A stretch of DNA of 44,109 nucleotides from an uncultured Hungatella sp. (GTDB lineage Bacteria; Bacillota; Clostridia; Lachnospirales; Lachnospiraceae), in NCBI GenBank assembly GCA_964471835.1, contig CAYYHX010000001.1, positions 1 to 44,109 of the forward strand, in the 5' to 3' direction. Shown in pieces: positions 40,159-44,109 of the stretch. The translations under genes were made by a program, and so were the position numbers. The notes beneath the pieces were generated by a model. It did no database searches and was not told the DNA's origin. It worked only from the letters and a program-made list of their open reading frames with translations. Every line of letters starts with the position of its first letter. Positions within the stretch are counted from its first letter, which is position 1.

Positions 40159-40869
40159 TCAGTTTCCTGCTGCCGCTTTCAATTCTGCCTTATATTTGTA
40201 ATAAGAATTTCTAGAGATTCCTGCAATTTTTATAACTTCTGAATCGGTATTTGCGCCGTTAAAATCTTTACTGTTTTTCAGAATAATTTCTTTTGCGGCT
40301 GTTTCTTTTTTTGTAGTATACTTACTACCTTTGATTCTACCTATTTGTTTTCCATTCAGCTTTGCCGTTTTAATTCCTTCCGAAGTCCGCTGATGTAAGT
40401 CTAAAACTTCTTTTTCCGCCTGTTCAAAAGCAATTTTGATTTGTTCTTTTGCCAGTGCTAACAGGTATTTGTTAATTCCCTCTAGGATAAAGTCCACATT
40501 GCCGCCTGTTAAAGCCACCTGATTTTGCAGGGCATTTTTGTAAGTGTCTGTGTTGATATGCTTTTCTTTTAGGAATACAAGATTGATTCCAAGGTTAAAT
40601 AGCTCCTCATAGAGTTTAAAGCCCTCTTCCGCATTTCTTGACATTCTGGAAACAGAATCAAAGATAACGGTTATTTCTTTGCCTTTCGCAGATTCCTGCT
40701 TTATGAGTTTATATAGTTTGTTCCATTCCTTTCTGCCTTCTGTCTTTGTGCCTGTGTAAATCTCCTTGATGATATGGGCAGCAGGATAAATCTCTAAGAT
40801 ATTCCGCTCTTGTCTGACAATGCTTTGTTTGGGCGTGCTGATCCGGCAGTAGCCATATTCTTCTTTCAT
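40159..40869 (-). CDS. Serine recombinase (resolvase/invertase family)
   Basis: YGYCRIST..Q...Q, FDSVSRMSR, C-terminal HTH GISRNSYYKY. Confidence 0.92.
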   Translation of the reverse strand: MKEEYGYCRISTPKQSIVRQERNILEIYPAAHIIKEIYTGTKTEGRKEWNKLYKLIKQESAKGKEITVIFDSVSRMSRNAEEGFKLYEELFNLGINLVFLKEKHINTDTYKNALQNQVALTGGNVDFILEGINKYLLALAKEQIKIAFEQAEKEVLDLHQRTSEGIKTAKLNGKQIGRIKGSKYTTKKETAAKEIILKNSKDFNGANTDSEVIKIAGISRNSYYKYKAELKAAAGN

Positions 40870-40923
40870 AAACTTTATCTCTCCTTTGTACCAATTTAGA
40901 CGAACCTCATTTTTGATACTGTT

Positions 40924-40952
40924 ATCCTACCTCCAAAAAGAAGATTTGTCAA
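40924..40952 (-). promoter_or_regulatory. Promoter of the serine recombinase, within a res-like region of TTTGGTAC-type repeats
   Basis: TTGACA-N17-TAGGAT on the minus strand; attttggtac twice (about 40956 and 40981). Confidence 0.6.
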
Positions 40953-41121
40953 CAATTTTGGTACTATTTTTGCAAGGATTATTTTGGTACAGCAAAGATC
41001 AAAACATTCTTGAAATTATTATCAAAGTACAAATTCTTGCACACCTCAAATGATATAATAAACACATAAGATAAAGGGAAACCAAAGACAAAACAACAAC
41101 TTATAAAAAGGAGATTGAACA

Positions 41122-41499
41122 ATGAACAAGACAACAGATTACACTATTAACTTTGAAACAGAAGAAATCATCATTACAAAAAAATTCGGTAAAGCCGCAA
41201 GCCAGATAGGTACGCCAGAATTTAAGGTCATGCAGCAGCTTAGAAAAGAATTTACAGGATTTTCTTTTGCTTACAAAACCATAGAAAAGAAAGAAAATAA
41301 AAAGTCCTATAAAGGATTGAGTATTGATGAAATGAAGCGTTTCCTCGCTAACAGAACAGAAGAGGAACAGGAAATGTTTGAAAAAGTTTTGGCCATAGCG
41401 GAAAATAAACAAGGGAAATATGCGATTGTGAAGAAATGGTTTTTAGACAGATACAAAGAAGCATATTCAGAAGAAGTGGCTGTGCTGAAAGTGGCCTGA
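41122..41499 (+). CDS. Hypothetical protein, paralog A
   Basis: AAGGAG RBS; extended -10 TGATATAAT at 41051; shares motifs with the next ORF. Confidence 0.8.
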   Translation: MNKTTDYTINFETEEIIITKKFGKAASQIGTPEFKVMQQLRKEFTGFSFAYKTIEKKENKKSYKGLSIDEMKRFLANRTEEEQEMFEKVLAIAENKQGKYAIVKKWFLDRYKEAYSEEVAVLKVA

Positions 41500-41524
41500 T
41501 AGAAATGATAAAGGAGATTTTGAT

Positions 41525-41911
41525 ATGAATAATATTACTTTTGATGTGATAACCAATACAATAACTATTTCTAAAGGCTTTTATGAAGCGTCAAAAGAAT
41601 TTGGCTCGGAGGAACAAAAAGCATTAGCCGATATTAAAAAAGAATATCCTGATATGACTATTGCTGTTAAGTCCTCAAGGACGAGTTATCGTAAGAGTGA
41701 CTGTAAAGGTCTGACTTATGATTATATGAGAAGATTTATCAGAGTTATGGATATAAATAATATTGCTACATTTGAAAAAGTGATTGCTCATTATGAATCT
41801 TTTGGCTATGAATCTGGAAAATTATATCAGTGTGTGAAGGAGTGGTTTTTAGAGAATTATCCGCGCCACAAAGAAATGATTGCAGATACTACTCCTAAAG
41901 CTGCCGCATGA
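41525..41911 (+). CDS. Hypothetical protein, paralog B
   Basis: AAGGAG RBS; KGL..D.M.RF, FEKV, Y..VK.WFL..Y shared with paralog A. Confidence 0.8.
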   Translation: MNNITFDVITNTITISKGFYEASKEFGSEEQKALADIKKEYPDMTIAVKSSRTSYRKSDCKGLTYDYMRRFIRVMDINNIATFEKVIAHYESFGYESGKLYQCVKEWFLENYPRHKEMIADTTPKAAA

Positions 41912-41925
41912 ATTCATGCGGCAGC
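41900..41925. other. Perfect 26-bp palindrome over the paralog B stop codon
   Basis: gctgccgcatgaattcatgcggcagc. Confidence 0.75.
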
Positions 41926-42097
41926 AGGAATAGCGGGGCGGTCTATTATGGGATATTGCGAACGTCATTCTCTTTTTTTCGATTTTTGCCACCATAAAAA
42001 TCTCCAGAAATAGGTTAGAAACTAAAAACGATAGAAAGCGGCAGCAGGAAAATTATAATACAATAAAATGAAGATTGGAGTTTATGAAACAAGTCAG

Positions 42098-43102
42098 TTA
42101 TTTTTGATTGTATTCAGATAAAACATTTTCAATCATGCCTTTAAAATCGTTTATTGCTGATTCTGGTGCTATGATCTTTGCTCCTGTTCCAAGTGCAAAT
42201 ACCCATGCAAAAAATTGAGGGCTGATATTGACAGTTATGCGGACAATAAAAGTATCAGGATTATTGAAATTAGGCCTGATATTGGCAGATTCGCCGAATC
42301 TGTCTATAAAAACCCCCGCAAGACTGTTAATAACTTCAAGGGTAACAGTCTCTTCTTTTCCGCCGAACATACCGAAAGTTCTTCTGGAATAATCCACAAT
42401 ATCAAAAGACTGGAAAAAATTTTTCCCCTCTCTGGTGTTCTCTGTGATCCTGACAGATTGCATTTTGTCTATGCGGTAGTGTCTTAAATCATTATATTCA
42501 CTGTTAAATGCAATCAAATAATAGTTATCATCTGATAAAGAAACGGAATAAGGGCTGACAATATATTTTTTTCCTGCCTTTTGAACAAGTTTTCTTTGCG
42601 GATTCCAATGCAGATATTCAAAGGTTATTTGTTTATTATTAGCAATTGCCGCATAAATAATATCAAGGGTTTTAAATGCCCTGTCATTCATGCTTTTGAT
42701 TCTCTTGTTTAACAGTACACATCTGTTAAGGGATTGACTCTCATAAACGCTGCCTAATGATTTAACTTTGTTAATCAGTTCTTTTGATTTTTTTTCAGTC
42801 AGGAATTTTGAAGCAGCAACAGAATCAATCAGAAATTTTAATTCATTTGAATTGAAGTTCCTGTTGGTGTGATGGTACTTATAGCCGCCTTTTTCTTTCA
42901 CTCCTGTTATCTCAAAATTGACAGAATTTAACAGGGATATGGCGGCATAAATGGTGCGCCTGTCCGCATAGATCCCTTTTGTTTCCAGAAATGACAGTAT
43001 ATCAGGCATTCTTACATAGTGTGTCTCATCTGTTTTTTCTAAAAATAGTTGCTGCAAATATAAAGGAATCAGTTTTTTGCTTTCTGATTTGTTATTATTC
43101 AT
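42098..43102 (-). CDS. WYL-domain transcriptional regulator (wHTH-WYL-WCX)
   Basis: N-terminal wHTH (DRRTIYAAI); VSPY..DDNYYLIA..LRHYRIDKM; FFAWVFALG..IIAPES. Confidence 0.9.
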   Translation of the reverse strand: MNNNKSESKKLIPLYLQQLFLEKTDETHYVRMPDILSFLETKGIYADRRTIYAAISLLNSVNFEITGVKEKGGYKYHHTNRNFNSNELKFLIDSVAASKFLTEKKSKELINKVKSLGSVYESQSLNRCVLLNKRIKSMNDRAFKTLDIIYAAIANNKQITFEYLHWNPQRKLVQKAGKKYIVSPYSVSLSDDNYYLIAFNSEYNDLRHYRIDKMQSVRITENTREGKNFFQSFDIVDYSRRTFGMFGGKEETVTLEVINSLAGVFIDRFGESANIRPNFNNPDTFIVRITVNISPQFFAWVFALGTGAKIIAPESAINDFKGMIENVLSEYNQK

Positions 43103-43120
43103 AACTGCCTTTCATCCATC

Positions 43121-43858
43121 TTAAAATGCGGACAATTTATAAATTGCGAATAATTCATATGAAGGAACTTTAACAGGGAAATAACCATATTTCGTTTTAA
43201 AGATTTGCTTTGCGGTTATAAAACAATTCAAACTGTTTTCGTTAAGTATTTCCTGCATTTCTTCTTTTGATATAAGTCCGCTTTCATATTCAGAACAAAT
43301 AGATAAATCATATTCCTTGCTTTCCTTTTGAAAAGTGTGAAATGTCTGATACAGGAATTCTGTCTGTTCCTCTTCCAATGGTATGTATTTATTATTTTTA
43401 TAATCTAACATACACCATACTTTATCAATAATGCTTCCCATTGTGCCGCCCTCAAAAAGTTCTTTTCCGAACATAGTTCGCATATTTACTCTTGTATATT
43501 CATATATTGTACCATCTTTATGATTTAATGCTACAATTTCTTTGTTATTTTTGATGATTCTTGAAATATTCTTAGGGGTTTGACGATTATCCTTTTCAAT
43601 CACTTTTATTATTTGTTCAGAGTAAATTACATTTTGCCTTTCTTTTTTGCTTTTTGGCGGTTCATAGTCTTCTATTTTTCTAATAATATGATAATCTATT
43701 TTTCGGCGGTCGATTTCATCATAATAGCGTTCATACTCATAATATTGTTGCAAGTGAAGCAGCAAATCTTCTTTCTTTTTCTTCCAAGTGTCAGTAGACA
43801 CACCAAAAAACTGACGCATATCATTTGTAGAATATACATGATCTTCCAAAAGCTCCAT
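43121..43858 (-). CDS. Hypothetical protein with an N-terminal HTH-like segment
   Basis: GGAGG RBS; YSTNDMRQFFGVSTDTW; stop lies 18 bp before the WYL gene start. Confidence 0.7.
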   Translation of the reverse strand: MELLEDHVYSTNDMRQFFGVSTDTWKKKKEDLLLHLQQYYEYERYYDEIDRRKIDYHIIRKIEDYEPPKSKKERQNVIYSEQIIKVIEKDNRQTPKNISRIIKNNKEIVALNHKDGTIYEYTRVNMRTMFGKELFEGGTMGSIIDKVWCMLDYKNNKYIPLEEEQTEFLYQTFHTFQKESKEYDLSICSEYESGLISKEEMQEILNENSLNCFITAKQIFKTKYGYFPVKVPSYELFAIYKLSAF

Positions 43859-44109
43859 ATTATATTTTTCCTCCTTGGGAAATATTTGGAAAATAAGGGG
43901 ATAACTTTCAAAACCATACTTTATTTATAATAATTTCAGAAATATTCCCCATATTTTCGGTCAATAGAACATAAAATTTAATTTTACAGTCAATGTTTTT
44001 GTTTATATATATATTATAATATAAATTTTTTGGAAAATCAAATGACATACTTATTTCGTTTGTGTCAAGTGTTTATTGGCATTTTTTTATTTTTCTTTAT
44101 CATGTCTGT

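Larger units (their letters stand above)
36355..44109. mobile_element. AT-rich integrative element (left end shown; runs past the window)
   Basis: Sharp GC drop; integrase next to a truncated host gene; XRE, serine recombinase and WYL cargo. Confidence 0.85.

Noticed and set aside
36355-44109. Prophage or ICE classification
   Set aside because: No structural, packaging, relaxase or T4SS genes in the visible part; the class cannot be assigned from this window

Overview
GC-rich Clostridiales chromosome, probably Lachnospiraceae-like (inferred from gene content), that switches abruptly at about 36.35 kb to an AT-rich integrated element. The host part carries the distal trp operon (partial trpG with an in-frame 54-bp repeat insertion, then trpDCFBA), an Rrf2-cysK-metY sulfur locus and a 26-kb arabinan/arabinose locus. 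That locus encodes GH51, a small Cys-rich protein, an ArsR-type regulator, araB/araD/tkt/tal, a GH43 lipoprotein arabinanase and a cytoplasmic GH43. It also holds an unusual double ABC module with no ATPase: a 1000-aa multidomain binding protein, two permease pairs, an NHL-propeller/YIP1-like membrane protein, a DUF5696-like protein and a lipoprotein binding protein. Next is an Rpn/PD-(D/E)XK gene with an internal RBS+ATG for a nested small protein. The orphan 3' end of a reverse-rubrerythrin gene (36272-36354) marks the attachment site of a tyrosine-integrase element. The element carries an XRE-controlled Zn-protein operon, a serine recombinase plus two paralogous unknown genes bracketed by a perfect 18-bp inverted repeat, and a WYL regulator. 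All family assignments come from motif recognition by eye; no searches were run.
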